From an uncultured delta proteobacterium (GTDB lineage Bacteria; Desulfobacterota; Binatia; UBA9968), in contig CAWFJP010000008.1 of assembly GCA_963816145.1 (NCBI GenBank), positions 32,720-96,719 on the forward strand: DNA of 64,000 bases. Reading direction: 5' to 3'. The stretch's first letter is position 1; each line of letters opens with the position of its first letter. Shown here one piece after another: positions 9,668 to 18,479 of the stretch. The notes beneath the pieces were generated by a model. That model searched no databases, was not told the DNA's origin, and was given only the letters and a program-made list of their open reading frames with translations. The position numbers and the translations under genes were made by a program.

Positions 9668-10708
9668 ATGTTCAAGATATTCGCACTGGTAATTTTTATC
9701 TTATCGACGTTGAGCTCCGCCCACGGTCAGTCGAATTTTTACCAAGGCAAACATATCTTGCTCATCATCGGTTCCGGCCCCGGCGGCATGGGCGACCTGC
9801 GCGCCAAAGCGTTGGCGGCGAGTTTGACGCGCAACATTCCCGGCAATCCGCCGATCGTCTTTCAGTACATGGGTGGCGCCGGCGGGCGCCGAGCGGCCAA
9901 TCAAATCTACAATACCTCCAAGCCCGATGGGCTCACGCTGCTGCGCGTAACCAGTAGCATTATTCCCTACGCCGTTCTTGGCGAACCCGGTGTGCAGTAC
10001 GACATCGACAAGCTGAATTATCTCGGCGCCACCGAACATCAGTTGTATTATATGTTAGTCACGCGCAAAGGCGCCGGCATCAATAGTTTGGAAAAACTCC
10101 GCACTACGCCCGGCATTCGCCTCGGCAGTAGCCCGGTGGGCCACACCGGCTACCTGCAGAGCCGGATAGTCTCCTATCTGCTCGACATGAAAGACCCCAA
10201 AATCGTCCCCGGCTATGAAGGCAAAGACCTCGATGTCGCCGTGGCCGCCGGCGAAGTCGACGGACGTATCGCCTCTACCGGGACGGTGACGCAAAACGAT
10301 CTGTTGTCGAAAAACCTCGCAGATTTTCACATCGGCCTGGGTGTGCCGGCCGGCTACAAAGATCCGCGCTTCGCTCACCTGAAGCTCCCGGACCTCAGCA
10401 GCTTCGCCAAATCGGAAAGGGAAAGAAAACTCCTGACCATGATGGAAGGCTTTCGCGTCGTCGGCACCATCCTCATCGCCCCGCCGGGCACACCCAAGGA
10501 CCGCCTCGACATTCTCAAAGAAGCCGTGCGCAAAACCTACGCCGATCCGCAGTTCGCCGCCGATTACAAAAAATTCACCGGCGGCGATGATCCTTCACCG
10601 CTGCTGCCCGACGAGCAAGCCAAGATCGTCCGCGGCATCCCCCGCGACCCGGAGATCATCGATCTGTTCAAAAAATTCGCCGCCACCGCGCCGCTGCCGC
10701 CGCGGTAA
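9668..10708 (+). CDS. TctC/Bug family substrate-binding protein
   Basis: NFYQGKHI, IPGNPPIVFQYM, KPDGLT motifs. Confidence 0.9.
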   Translation: MFKIFALVIFILSTLSSAHGQSNFYQGKHILLIIGSGPGGMGDLRAKALAASLTRNIPGNPPIVFQYMGGAGGRRAANQIYNTSKPDGLTLLRVTSSIIPYAVLGEPGVQYDIDKLNYLGATEHQLYYMLVTRKGAGINSLEKLRTTPGIRLGSSPVGHTGYLQSRIVSYLLDMKDPKIVPGYEGKDLDVAVAAGEVDGRIASTGTVTQNDLLSKNLADFHIGLGVPAGYKDPRFAHLKLPDLSSFAKSERERKLLTMMEGFRVVGTILIAPPGTPKDRLDILKEAVRKTYADPQFAADYKKFTGGDDPSPLLPDEQAKIVRGIPRDPEIIDLFKKFAATAPLPPR

Positions 10709-10723
10709 ACGCGACCGCCGTCA

Positions 10724-10790
10724 AATGCCGGGCAATCCAACGATCATCCTCGGAAACATGCCCGGAGGCGCCGGCAGCGCGGTCACTCTC
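10724..10790 (+). pseudogene. Short remnant of a further TctC paralog
   Basis: Encodes MPGNPTIILGNMPGGAG, matching the IPGNPTIIVENMPGAAG segment of neighbours. Confidence 0.55.
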
Positions 10791-10920
10791 CTTGACATAT
10801 TTCAAACCGGGAAGATAAAAGAATAACATCAGCGACAAGCTCGATTAGAGAATCAAGCACCCTCGGTGTGGAGAACCTAGCCCCGACCGTTTTCTCGTTA
10901 TCACTTACAGACCGCTAACC

Positions 10921-12315
10921 ATGACCAAAACTCAACAATCTCAAAGCGCTTATCGCGCGATCAGCCAATTTCACGAAAATCAAAGCCTGATTTCATGGCT
11001 GCAAAACCAACGATTGATCATCTGGCTGACGCCCAATCGTCGCAGGTTTTTTTTAGTTATCGGCGCGCTTCTTGTCGGTGGTAAAGGCACATGGAGCCGA
11101 TACCTCAAATGGCTGGAAGGCTCAACCGGAACCTGGCTGATCCCCGTGCTCACTTTTGTTTTCCTTTTAGGCTTGGTTTATCTGGTTTACCAGGCCGCAG
11201 CGCACTTCCAGAAATTGCCTGGGTGGATTAAAAGACGTCCGCAAATTTCCCTGCACCTGCTTTTTTGGGGAGTTTTTGCGTTACTCTGGGCTATCCCGGA
11301 AGACGCTGGAGATTTTCGTAATGCTCTGATGCTCGTCGCGATCTCGCTGCCGATTCTGCTGTGGCGCTGCGGCTACATGGTGATGTCAGGGCAACGCGGG
11401 AAAGCACAGCGCACAAAATTTCGCGATCATTTGTTCTACCTATGGCCTGTTTGGGGGGGCACCAACACGCCGATCGGTAAAGGTTTCGACTACCTCTCGC
11501 AGCGTGAAGCCCAAACCCCAGAAGCTTATGCCCGCTCCGTACTTGCGGCGACCAAATTAATTATTCTCGCTCAGCTGCTCGATCTCTTTAGAATCATCTT
11601 GGGAGCGATCCTTTACGGCGACTCCAGTAACGCCTTCACCCGCATGTTTGCCGGCCTAAATCTGGGGATGCCTCGCCTGAACGAAATCGTGACCGGTCAA
11701 AGGGCGGCCTCACCATGGGTCGGTTGGATCGCCTTATACCTTGAGCTGATCTGGGAAACCTTAAGGCACGCCACGCTGGGTCACCGCTGGGTCTCGCTCC
11801 TGCGCCTTTGCGGCTTCAATGTTTTCCGCAATACCTACAAACCACTATTGGCCCAAACGATACTCGATTTCTGGAATAGGTATTATTATTATTTCAAAGA
11901 ATTACTTGCCGAATTCTTTTTCTTTCCGATCTACCTCCGCCATTTCCGCAACTCGCCCAAGTTGCGAATCTTTGCGGCTGTTTTCGCAGCCGCGTTCGTG
12001 GGTAACATGTACTACCACTTCCTGGAGGGGAGGATATCTTTCGCCAAGGGTGAATTTTTACAAATTGTCCGCGCTCTGAGCCCGCGAATGATATATTGCG
12101 GGCTGCTGACCTTGGGCATCTATTTTTCCATGATTCGGCAAACCCAGCGCCGTGGCAAGGTCGAGCGGAGCGATGCAGCCACGGAAAGATTCCTCACCTT
12201 GCGGCGCATCGCCGGTGTCTGGACGTTCTTCGCTCTGATCAATTTATGGAACACAAGAGCTGCCGGGTCGATCGGCGCACGCATCACCTTTCTATTTTCG
12301 CTCTTCGGATTTTAG
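10921..12315 (+). CDS. MBOAT-like multi-pass membrane protein (putative acyltransferase)
   Basis: Many TM segments; GFNVFRNTYKPLLAQTILDFWNRYY resembles the MBOAT N-x-x-x-P...DFW-x-R motif; His in GNMYYHF. Confidence 0.6.
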   Translation: MTKTQQSQSAYRAISQFHENQSLISWLQNQRLIIWLTPNRRRFFLVIGALLVGGKGTWSRYLKWLEGSTGTWLIPVLTFVFLLGLVYLVYQAAAHFQKLPGWIKRRPQISLHLLFWGVFALLWAIPEDAGDFRNALMLVAISLPILLWRCGYMVMSGQRGKAQRTKFRDHLFYLWPVWGGTNTPIGKGFDYLSQREAQTPEAYARSVLAATKLIILAQLLDLFRIILGAILYGDSSNAFTRMFAGLNLGMPRLNEIVTGQRAASPWVGWIALYLELIWETLRHATLGHRWVSLLRLCGFNVFRNTYKPLLAQTILDFWNRYYYYFKELLAEFFFFPIYLRHFRNSPKLRIFAAVFAAAFVGNMYYHFLEGRISFAKGEFLQIVRALSPRMIYCGLLTLGIYFSMIRQTQRRGKVERSDAATERFLTLRRIAGVWTFFALINLWNTRAAGSIGARITFLFSLFGF

Positions 12316-12494
12316 CCGCCAGTGATTTTTGAGTACCTGGGAATCTGCTACTTCGCGCCGCACAGTGTCACCGATTCGGCGCTGGGTTTCGCTGTGACTG
12401 ACAACCTCTACCAATCGCCAATCATCTGATATATCTGTACCGGCACAGCATACCGCGCTGCGACCACAATAAATTTGCCGAAACGGAAAATTCC

Positions 12495-13769
12495 ATGCGT
12501 TTAGAACTTGGCCTGTTTGACATTAGAGACGTCCGTTTCGGTCCATCCACCGTCATTGCGGATAGAGCTTTGTTGATTAATCGCGACGAACTCTGCGCTT
12601 TGCTCGCACAAGAGCCGCTCTTCGAACGCGTCGAAATCGAGCTCGCCCACCCCGGCGAATCCTGCCGCATATTGCGCGTGCTTGACGTCCTCGAACCTCG
12701 CTATCGCTTGAACGGTCCCAACTTTCCCGGCGCGCTTGACGGCAACGGCCTGGTGGGCGACGGCGCGACGCGCGCGCTGAAGAATGTCGCGGTCGTCGAG
12801 ACCGATCAGACCGCGCCGCGCTCGCGCAGTTTGATCGACATGAGCGGGCCGGCGGCGGACTATTCACCCATCGCCAATACCAACAACGTCGTCTTGCTGC
12901 CCTACCCGAAGAAAGATGTCGACAAGATCGAGTATCGACTGGCCGTCAAAAAAGCCGGACTTAAAACCGCGGTCTATCTCGCCGCGGCGGCGACGGATTT
13001 AAAACCGGACGAAACCCAGGTATACGAATTGCCGCCGGTGGCGGCGAATCAGGGGCCCAAGGAGTTGCCGCGCATCGCCTACATTTTTCCGATGCACTCG
13101 CACCAGCATCCAACCCAGCAGAAAGAGACGGTCTTTTACGGCAGCAACATTCAGGGCTTCATGCCCACCGTCGTTCATCCCAATGAGATACTCGACGGCG
13201 CGTTGATGTTCTCCTACTCCGCGTTTACTTGGTTCGCCCAGAACCATCCGGTGATCTTGGAGCTGTACCGTCGTCACGGCAAAGATCTTTGGTTCGCCGG
13301 CGTCGTCCTCACCGTCGCGCCGGCGGTCGTCTCCGAGAAGGAGCGCAACGCTTTTCTCAATGCGCGACTGGCCAAAGAAGTCCTGAACGCGGACGGCATC
13401 CTCGCCACCAAGATCGGCGGCGGCGCCGTCGATACGGATTTAATGATGACCTATAGCCGCGCCGAAGAAATGGGCATGAAAGCCGCGTTGATTATCATGG
13501 AACGCTACCCCGATACTGGCATCACCTTCGTGCCGGAGAATGTCAATGCGCTGGTCACGCCGGGACTGACCCGCGATCCGATCACGCTCCCCGCCGTCGA
13601 GCGCGTCATCGGCGGCGAGACCCTGCACCTGGATAATGCGAATCCGGACAATACCAACCCCGGCATCCCGCCGTTGCCGGCAAAGCAAGAGATCACCGTC
13701 TGGATGGGCGACCTGGTCGGCGCCATCAGTCAAACCGGCGCGTCGCGGCTAACGACGTATATGAGTTAA
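12495..13769 (+). CDS. Glycine/sarcosine/betaine reductase component B alpha/beta-like subunit (GrdE/GrdI-like)
   Basis: MRLELG..I.DVRFG N-terminus; PGES.RI..V.DV.EPR; IDMSGP.ADYSP; PNEILDGA; ADGI..TK.GGG. Confidence 0.85.
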   Translation: MRLELGLFDIRDVRFGPSTVIADRALLINRDELCALLAQEPLFERVEIELAHPGESCRILRVLDVLEPRYRLNGPNFPGALDGNGLVGDGATRALKNVAVVETDQTAPRSRSLIDMSGPAADYSPIANTNNVVLLPYPKKDVDKIEYRLAVKKAGLKTAVYLAAAATDLKPDETQVYELPPVAANQGPKELPRIAYIFPMHSHQHPTQQKETVFYGSNIQGFMPTVVHPNEILDGALMFSYSAFTWFAQNHPVILELYRRHGKDLWFAGVVLTVAPAVVSEKERNAFLNARLAKEVLNADGILATKIGGGAVDTDLMMTYSRAEEMGMKAALIIMERYPDTGITFVPENVNALVTPGLTRDPITLPAVERVIGGETLHLDNANPDNTNPGIPPLPAKQEITVWMGDLVGAISQTGASRLTTYMS

Positions 13770-13772
13770 AGC

Positions 13773-13914
13773 AAATCCGAAATTCGAATATCGAAGCTCG
13801 AAACAAATCCAAATGTTCATAATCCAGAAAACTCTAAAACCGGCCGGTTTTGAATTTTGAGCTTTGAATTTGGACCCAGTTTGTTTCGAATTTCGAGCTT
13901 CGGATTTCGGATTT
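13773..13914. repeat. Family E 7-nt-period inverted repeat element
   Basis: AAATCCGAAATTCGAATATCGAAGCTCGAAACAA ... TTGTTTCGAATTTCGAGCTTCGGATTTCGGATTT. Confidence 0.8.
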
Positions 13915-13944
13915 TCCCGTGGACAAGGTTACGGAGTTAAAAAT

Positions 13945-15233
13945 ATGAACCAAAAGATCCGCGTCGTGCATTATTTGAATCAGTTCTTCGCCCAGGTGGG
14001 CGGCGAGGACAAAGGCGATGTCGGCCCCACCGTCAAAGCCGGCGTGATCGGCGCTGGACGCGCGCTCCAGCAGGCACTCGGCGAAGACGCCGAAATCGTC
14101 GCGACAATTTATTGCGGCGATAACTTTTTTGCCGAACAGCAAGATCAAGCCATCGCCCAACTGCTCCAGCACACGGCCGAATTTAAAGCCGACTTGCTGA
14201 TCGCCGGTCCGGCCTTCGAGAGCGGCCGTTATGGCGTCGCCTGCGGCGCCATCTGCCACGCCGCGCAGCAAAAGCTCGGCATCGCTACCGTCGCTGGCAT
14301 GGACGAAGACAACGTCGGCGCCGGCTTGTATCGCAAGAACGTCTATATCATCAACTCCGGCGCATCGATCGCCCGCATGGTGCCGACGCTGCAACGGATG
14401 GCCGCGCTCGGCTTGAAACTGGCGCGCCGTGAGGCGATCGGCAAACCGGCGGACGAAGGCTATCTCTCGCGCGGTGTGAAGCGAAATGAAATTGCGACCA
14501 AGCCGCCGGCCGAGCGCGCCGTCGACATGCTGCTGGCGAAGATCGCCGGCAAGGTATTCCACTCGGAAATCGCGCCGCCGAAATTTGCCGGCGGCAAGCC
14601 GGCCGCGCCATTGCGCGATTTGAAGTCGGCGGTGATCGCTTTGGTCACCGACGGCGGCCTGGTTGTCGAAGGCAATCCGGACAAGATCGAGCCGGGACGG
14701 CCGACGCGCTTCACGACCATCCCGATTCACAACGTCAACACGCTCGACGCCGACAAGTTCGACGCCGTGCACTCGGGTTACGACACCGCCAGCGCCAATC
14801 GAGATCCCAACCGCCTGGTGCCCCTCGATACCTTGCGCGAGCTCGCCCGCGAAGGCGTCATCGGCGCCGTCCATGAATTCATTCGCTCCACCGGCGGCGC
14901 CCACGCCGCGGTGGAGAACGCGACGCAAATCGGCCGGCAAATCGCCGATCAATTGAAAGCCGCCGGCGTCACCGGGGTGATTCTGACATCCACCTGAGGC
15001 TCGAGCACTCGCTGCGGTGCAGCGATCAGCAAGGAAATCGAAAAGCTGGAGATCCCGGTGACGCAGATCTGCACCATGATCCCGGTCGCCAAAGAAGTCG
15101 GCTCGCTGCGCACCATCGCCGCCGGCGGCATCGTCAGCCCAACGGGCAATCCGAATTATCACCGGAAAAAGAAAAACAGTTCAGACGGGAGCTGGTCTTG
15201 CGCGCATTGCAGACGCTGCAACAGGAAGTGTGA
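13945..15233 (+). CDS. grdB: Glycine/betaine/sarcosine/D-proline reductase family selenoprotein B (Sec at TGA 14995-14997; one-base frameshift near 15157)
   Basis: VVHYLNQFF, GPAF.SGRYG.ACG, IALVT.GG, HSGYD motifs; ILTST-TGA-GSSTRCGAAISKEIEK continues in frame; after one added base reads LSPEKEKQFRRELVLRALQTLQQEV*. Confidence 0.88.
15009..15025 (+). promoter_or_regulatory. Putative bacterial SECIS hairpin of grdB
   Basis: Perfect 7-bp stem TCGCTGC/GCAGCGA with loop GGT, starting 11 nt after the TGA. Confidence 0.75.
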
Positions 15234-15252
15234 TTTATACTTTCGGAATATT

Positions 15253-15381
15253 TCCCGCATAAACGCAAAGACGCAAAGTTAAGAGAAAATGTCATTTCGA
15301 CCGAAGGGAGAAATCTCGGCCGAATTCCGGCATCTTCTCTGGATTGACGGGCTTCGCCCGTTACTTAGCGCCTTTGCGGGA
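15253..15381. repeat. Family B variant (CGCAAAG periodic) with a nested family C half-site
   Basis: TCCCGCA..CGCAAAGACGCAAAG ... CTTAGCGCCTTTGCGGGA enclosing TGTCATTTCGACCGAAGGGAGAAATCT. Confidence 0.65.
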
Positions 15382-15410
15382 TAAATCTTGACTATGGATG
15401 ATTTGTATTC

Positions 15411-15608
15411 AACGCCGCAAAACTTTTCATCGATCTCACCCTCTCGAAGGAAGGCCAGGAGCTGATCAAGAGTTTCAACCGCATCCCCGACCGTGGCGAC
15501 GTCACCTCCGAGCTGAAAGAAGGCCTCAAACTCTATCCCGCCGACCCGCGCTGGGGCGACACCTATGGCAAATACGTGGAAGAGTTCCGCGAGATCTTTT
15601 TCAAATAA
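15411..15608 (+). pseudogene. C-terminal fragment of an extracellular solute-binding protein
   Basis: NAAKLFIDLTLSKEGQ...FREIFFK* matches the C-termini of 36808-37824 (NVARLFVDFLLSK...FREIFGL) and 45438-46547; 5' part missing. Confidence 0.7.
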
Positions 15609-15671
15609 GCGCAGCGGTTAGGCGCGCGCCAACGCCTCACCCTTTACCCCCTCACCCCTTACCGTCAACCT

Positions 15672-15716
15672 ACCGAGTAGCAATCTTGCTACACCGAGTA
15701 GCAAAACGACTACACC
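15672..15716. promoter_or_regulatory. Tandem 21-bp repeat containing a palindrome; putative activator binding sites
   Basis: ACCGAGTAGCAATCTTGCTAC then ACCGAGTAGCAAAACGACTAC; GTAGCAA-TC-TTGCTAC is a perfect inverted repeat. Confidence 0.5.
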
Positions 15717-15808
15717 TGTCCTTGCGACGGCTAGCCAACTGCACCGTCAGGCCGTGAACATTCCGTTTCATTTCAAGCCCTTTCGCTCGGTGCCACGCGC
15801 CACTCCAC

Positions 15809-15824
15809 TGGCATGGCCCTTGTA
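15809..15824 (+). promoter_or_regulatory. Possible sigma-54 (-24/-12) promoter
   Basis: TGGCATG-GCCC-TTGTA versus consensus TGGCACG-N4-TTGCW; two mismatches, one at the -12 GC. Confidence 0.35.
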
Positions 15825-15949
15825 CTGTAATCAGTAAAGTTATCAGTAAAGTTATCGTTGACAGCCAATCACGATGGTGGAACAAGATCGAGACAGCTCG
15901 ATCCCTGACTTGTTATTTGGTGTCGCCCGTCCAGCCCTTGGAGGAAACG

Positions 15950-16927
15950 ATGCAGGCAAAACTAGTCCTTTCCATAATCGGCGCTTTCCTTCTCGCCGCG
16001 TTTCAGTCCGCTCACACGCAGCAACCAAAGAAAATCCCGCGCATTGGCGTTATCTCAGGAACTGGCAATACCAACGAGGCGGATTCGAGTGCCAAATTAT
16101 TGCGCCAAGCGCTGCAAGACCTTGGCTACTCCGAGGGGGGAAATATCCAGTTTGAGTTTCGCGACACCGATGGCGATAGGGAGCGCATCCCGGCCATTAT
16201 CGCCGAACTGATCAACCTCAAGGTCGATATTCTTTTCTCTACGCAGGCGATCGTGATCCGCGCCGCCAAGCAGGCGACCAAGACCATGCCCATCGTCATG
16301 GTGATTACTCCGGATCCGGTCGCGACTAAGCTAATCGACAGTCTGGCGCGTCCTGGTGGCAATATTACCGGACTCACCAGACTTACCCGCGCCCTGAGCG
16401 GCAAACGGCTGGAACTGCTGACCGAGATGATTCCAGGCCTTTCACGGGTAGGCATCCTTTCAATGGCTGGCGTCGCTCCGTCCAAGGATTATGAAGCTGC
16501 GGCTCGTAGTCTCAAGGTGCCGTTGCAAATCCTCGAAGTGCCAGGGCCACCTCCCGACTTACCCAGGGCTTTCCAAGCAGCCGTCAAAGGGCGTGTCAGC
16601 GCGATTATCACAACCAGCACTCCAGGGCTCGCGGGTCACCAAAAGCAAATTGCCGATCTTGCCGTGCAAAATCGGCTGCCGTTAATGTCAGAGAGTATTG
16701 CAGGTGTCGAAGCCGGCGGCCTGGTAACCTACGATGCCAGCAGAGCTGAAGTTTTCAAGCGCGCCGCCGTCTTCGTCGACAAAATCGTCAAAGGCGCCAA
16801 GCCCGCCGACCTGCCGGTGGAGCAGCCGACCAAATTCGATTTCGTGGTCAATCTGAAAACCGCGAAGCAGATCGGCTTGATTATCCCACCCGAAGTTTTA
16901 GCGCGGGCGAATCGAATAATTCGCTAA
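15950..16927 (+). CDS. ABC transporter substrate-binding protein (ABC_sub_bind type), array copy 1
   Basis: GGAGG RBS; QQPKKIPRIG; SLARPGGNITG; GAKPADLPVEQPTKF..NLKTAKQIG. Confidence 0.9.
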   Translation: MQAKLVLSIIGAFLLAAFQSAHTQQPKKIPRIGVISGTGNTNEADSSAKLLRQALQDLGYSEGGNIQFEFRDTDGDRERIPAIIAELINLKVDILFSTQAIVIRAAKQATKTMPIVMVITPDPVATKLIDSLARPGGNITGLTRLTRALSGKRLELLTEMIPGLSRVGILSMAGVAPSKDYEAAARSLKVPLQILEVPGPPPDLPRAFQAAVKGRVSAIITTSTPGLAGHQKQIADLAVQNRLPLMSESIAGVEAGGLVTYDASRAEVFKRAAVFVDKIVKGAKPADLPVEQPTKFDFVVNLKTAKQIGLIIPPEVLARANRIIR

Positions 16928-16951
16928 GGCGTGGGGGATTCGATGAAACGA

Positions 16952-17158
16952 CTACAGATCGCGAAACTTCTCTTCGGAAATGCCGGCTTGCTTCAGGATC
17001 TTGCGAAACGTCCCCGTCGGCAATCCACCTGGATGCATGGCCACGTAAGTTTGCCTGCCGTCGGGGTGGCGCAGCACTTTGTGGCTGCCGCTCTGACGTA
17101 CTTCTACGAATCCGGCGCGCAACAGTTTGGCAAGAACCTCACGGGCGGAGAACGGCAT
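16952..17158 (-). CDS. hicA: HicA family toxin
   Basis: [19 protein letters not shown]...[14 protein letters not shown]. Confidence 0.9.
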   Translation of the reverse strand: MPFSAREVLAKLLRAGFVEVRQSGSHKVLRHPDGRQTYVAMHPGGLPTGTFRKILKQAGISEEKFRDL

Positions 17159-17381
17159 CGGCGATCTCAACCTGGGCGATTAGCGACTTGGATTCGACAG
17201 GAACCTGCTCGCCGCGCGACCGCTTCTCCTCGACCCACGCCTCGATTAATTCCTGTGCGGCAGCAATTGCGCCTTCGATACCCTGGCCGTGGGTGGTCAG
17301 ATCGAGAGTTGGAATATGCGCGTAGTAATAACCAGCAAATTCAGGTTCGTTGATCGGCTCAATATGCACGGAGTAACGCAT
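17139..17381 (-). CDS. hicB: HicB family antitoxin (short form)
   Basis: YSVHIE...[19 protein letters not shown]...AQELIE; GGAGG RBS; overlaps hicA. Confidence 0.88.
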   Translation of the reverse strand: MRYSVHIEPINEPEFAGYYYAHIPTLDLTTHGQGIEGAIAAAQELIEAWVEEKRSRGEQVPVESKSLIAQVEIADAVLRP

Positions 17382-17442
17382 GATCAATCCCTCCATAAAT
17401 AAGTTTATAACAGCCACGCTGACGAGCACAAGGTTGTCGTTC

Positions 17443-18429
17443 TTGAGCGAGAAAAAGCTCATCGTGATGCTTTTACTCTTCCTGACGCCCTGCGGAGCCT
17501 TAGCCCAGGCGCAGCAGCCGGCGAAAGTCCCGCGCATCGGTTACATTTCCGGAACCGGCGACGCGACTAATCAGGGGCCATTCGTCGAGGCACTGCGCCA
17601 GGGGCTATTGAAGCTCGCTTACGTAGAAGGGAAACACTTCAAGATTGAGTTTCGCGGCGCCGAGGGGCAGATCGACCGCATTCCGGGTCTCGTGAACGAA
17701 CTCGTGGCAATGAAGGTAGATATTCTTGTCTTGGCGATTCCGAATGCGATCCGCACCGCCAAGGAACTAACTCACACGATTCCCATTGTCATGGTGGCTA
17801 GTTTAGATCCAGTCGCAATGGGGTTGGTCGATACCTTGGCGAGGCCGGGTGGCAACATCACCGGAATTTCCACGCTCGCCCAGGACCTAAATGGCAAACG
17901 CCTAGAATTACTAAAGGAGGTAGTTCCGAAACTCTCTCGGGTCGGCATTCTTTTCGTGGAGGCTCTAAGCGCGGCTATTAACTTAAAAGAGTATGAAACG
18001 GCTGCACGAGATCTGAAGGTACAACTTCGACCGCTTGAAGTACGAGGCTCGAAGCCTGATTTAGAAGCTGCATTTCAAACGGCAACTAAGGCGCATGTTG
18101 GAGCACTAATCACAATTACTAATGCCAATCTCTTTCTCCAACAAAAAAGGATCGCTGAGCTAGCCATAAAAAACCGACTGCCCTCCATGTTCCAAGGCAG
18201 CACCTGGGTGGAGTCCGGCGGTCTGATGTCTTACTCAACCGACGAACTTGGTGCATTTCGCCGCGCAGCGTACTACGTGGACAGAATTCTTAAAGGCACA
18301 AAGCCCGCCGACCTGCCGGTTGAGCAGCCGTTAAAATTCGAGTTCGCTATTAACCTGAAAGCCGCTAAGCAGATCGGTCTGAACATCCCACAGTCAGTGC
18401 TCTTCCGCGCGGATAAAGTAATCAAGTAG
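17443..18429 (+). CDS. ABC_sub_bind type substrate-binding protein, copy 2 (start uncertain)
   Basis: AQQPAKVPRIG; LARPGGNITG; KPADLPVEQP. Confidence 0.85.
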   Translation: MSEKKLIVMLLLFLTPCGALAQAQQPAKVPRIGYISGTGDATNQGPFVEALRQGLLKLAYVEGKHFKIEFRGAEGQIDRIPGLVNELVAMKVDILVLAIPNAIRTAKELTHTIPIVMVASLDPVAMGLVDTLARPGGNITGISTLAQDLNGKRLELLKEVVPKLSRVGILFVEALSAAINLKEYETAARDLKVQLRPLEVRGSKPDLEAAFQTATKAHVGALITITNANLFLQQKRIAELAIKNRLPSMFQGSTWVESGGLMSYSTDELGAFRRAAYYVDRILKGTKPADLPVEQPLKFEFAINLKAAKQIGLNIPQSVLFRADKVIK

Positions 18430-18479
18430 GCGTAAGCCGCGAGACGGATAGTCTGAGTGAAGATACTGGAGCGCAAACC

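Noticed and set aside
13834-15162. 442-aa minus-strand ORF
   Set aside because: Antisense shadow of grdB
15672-15716. 21-bp direct repeats as a mini-CRISPR
   Set aside because: Only two abutting units with no spacer; fits operator sites better
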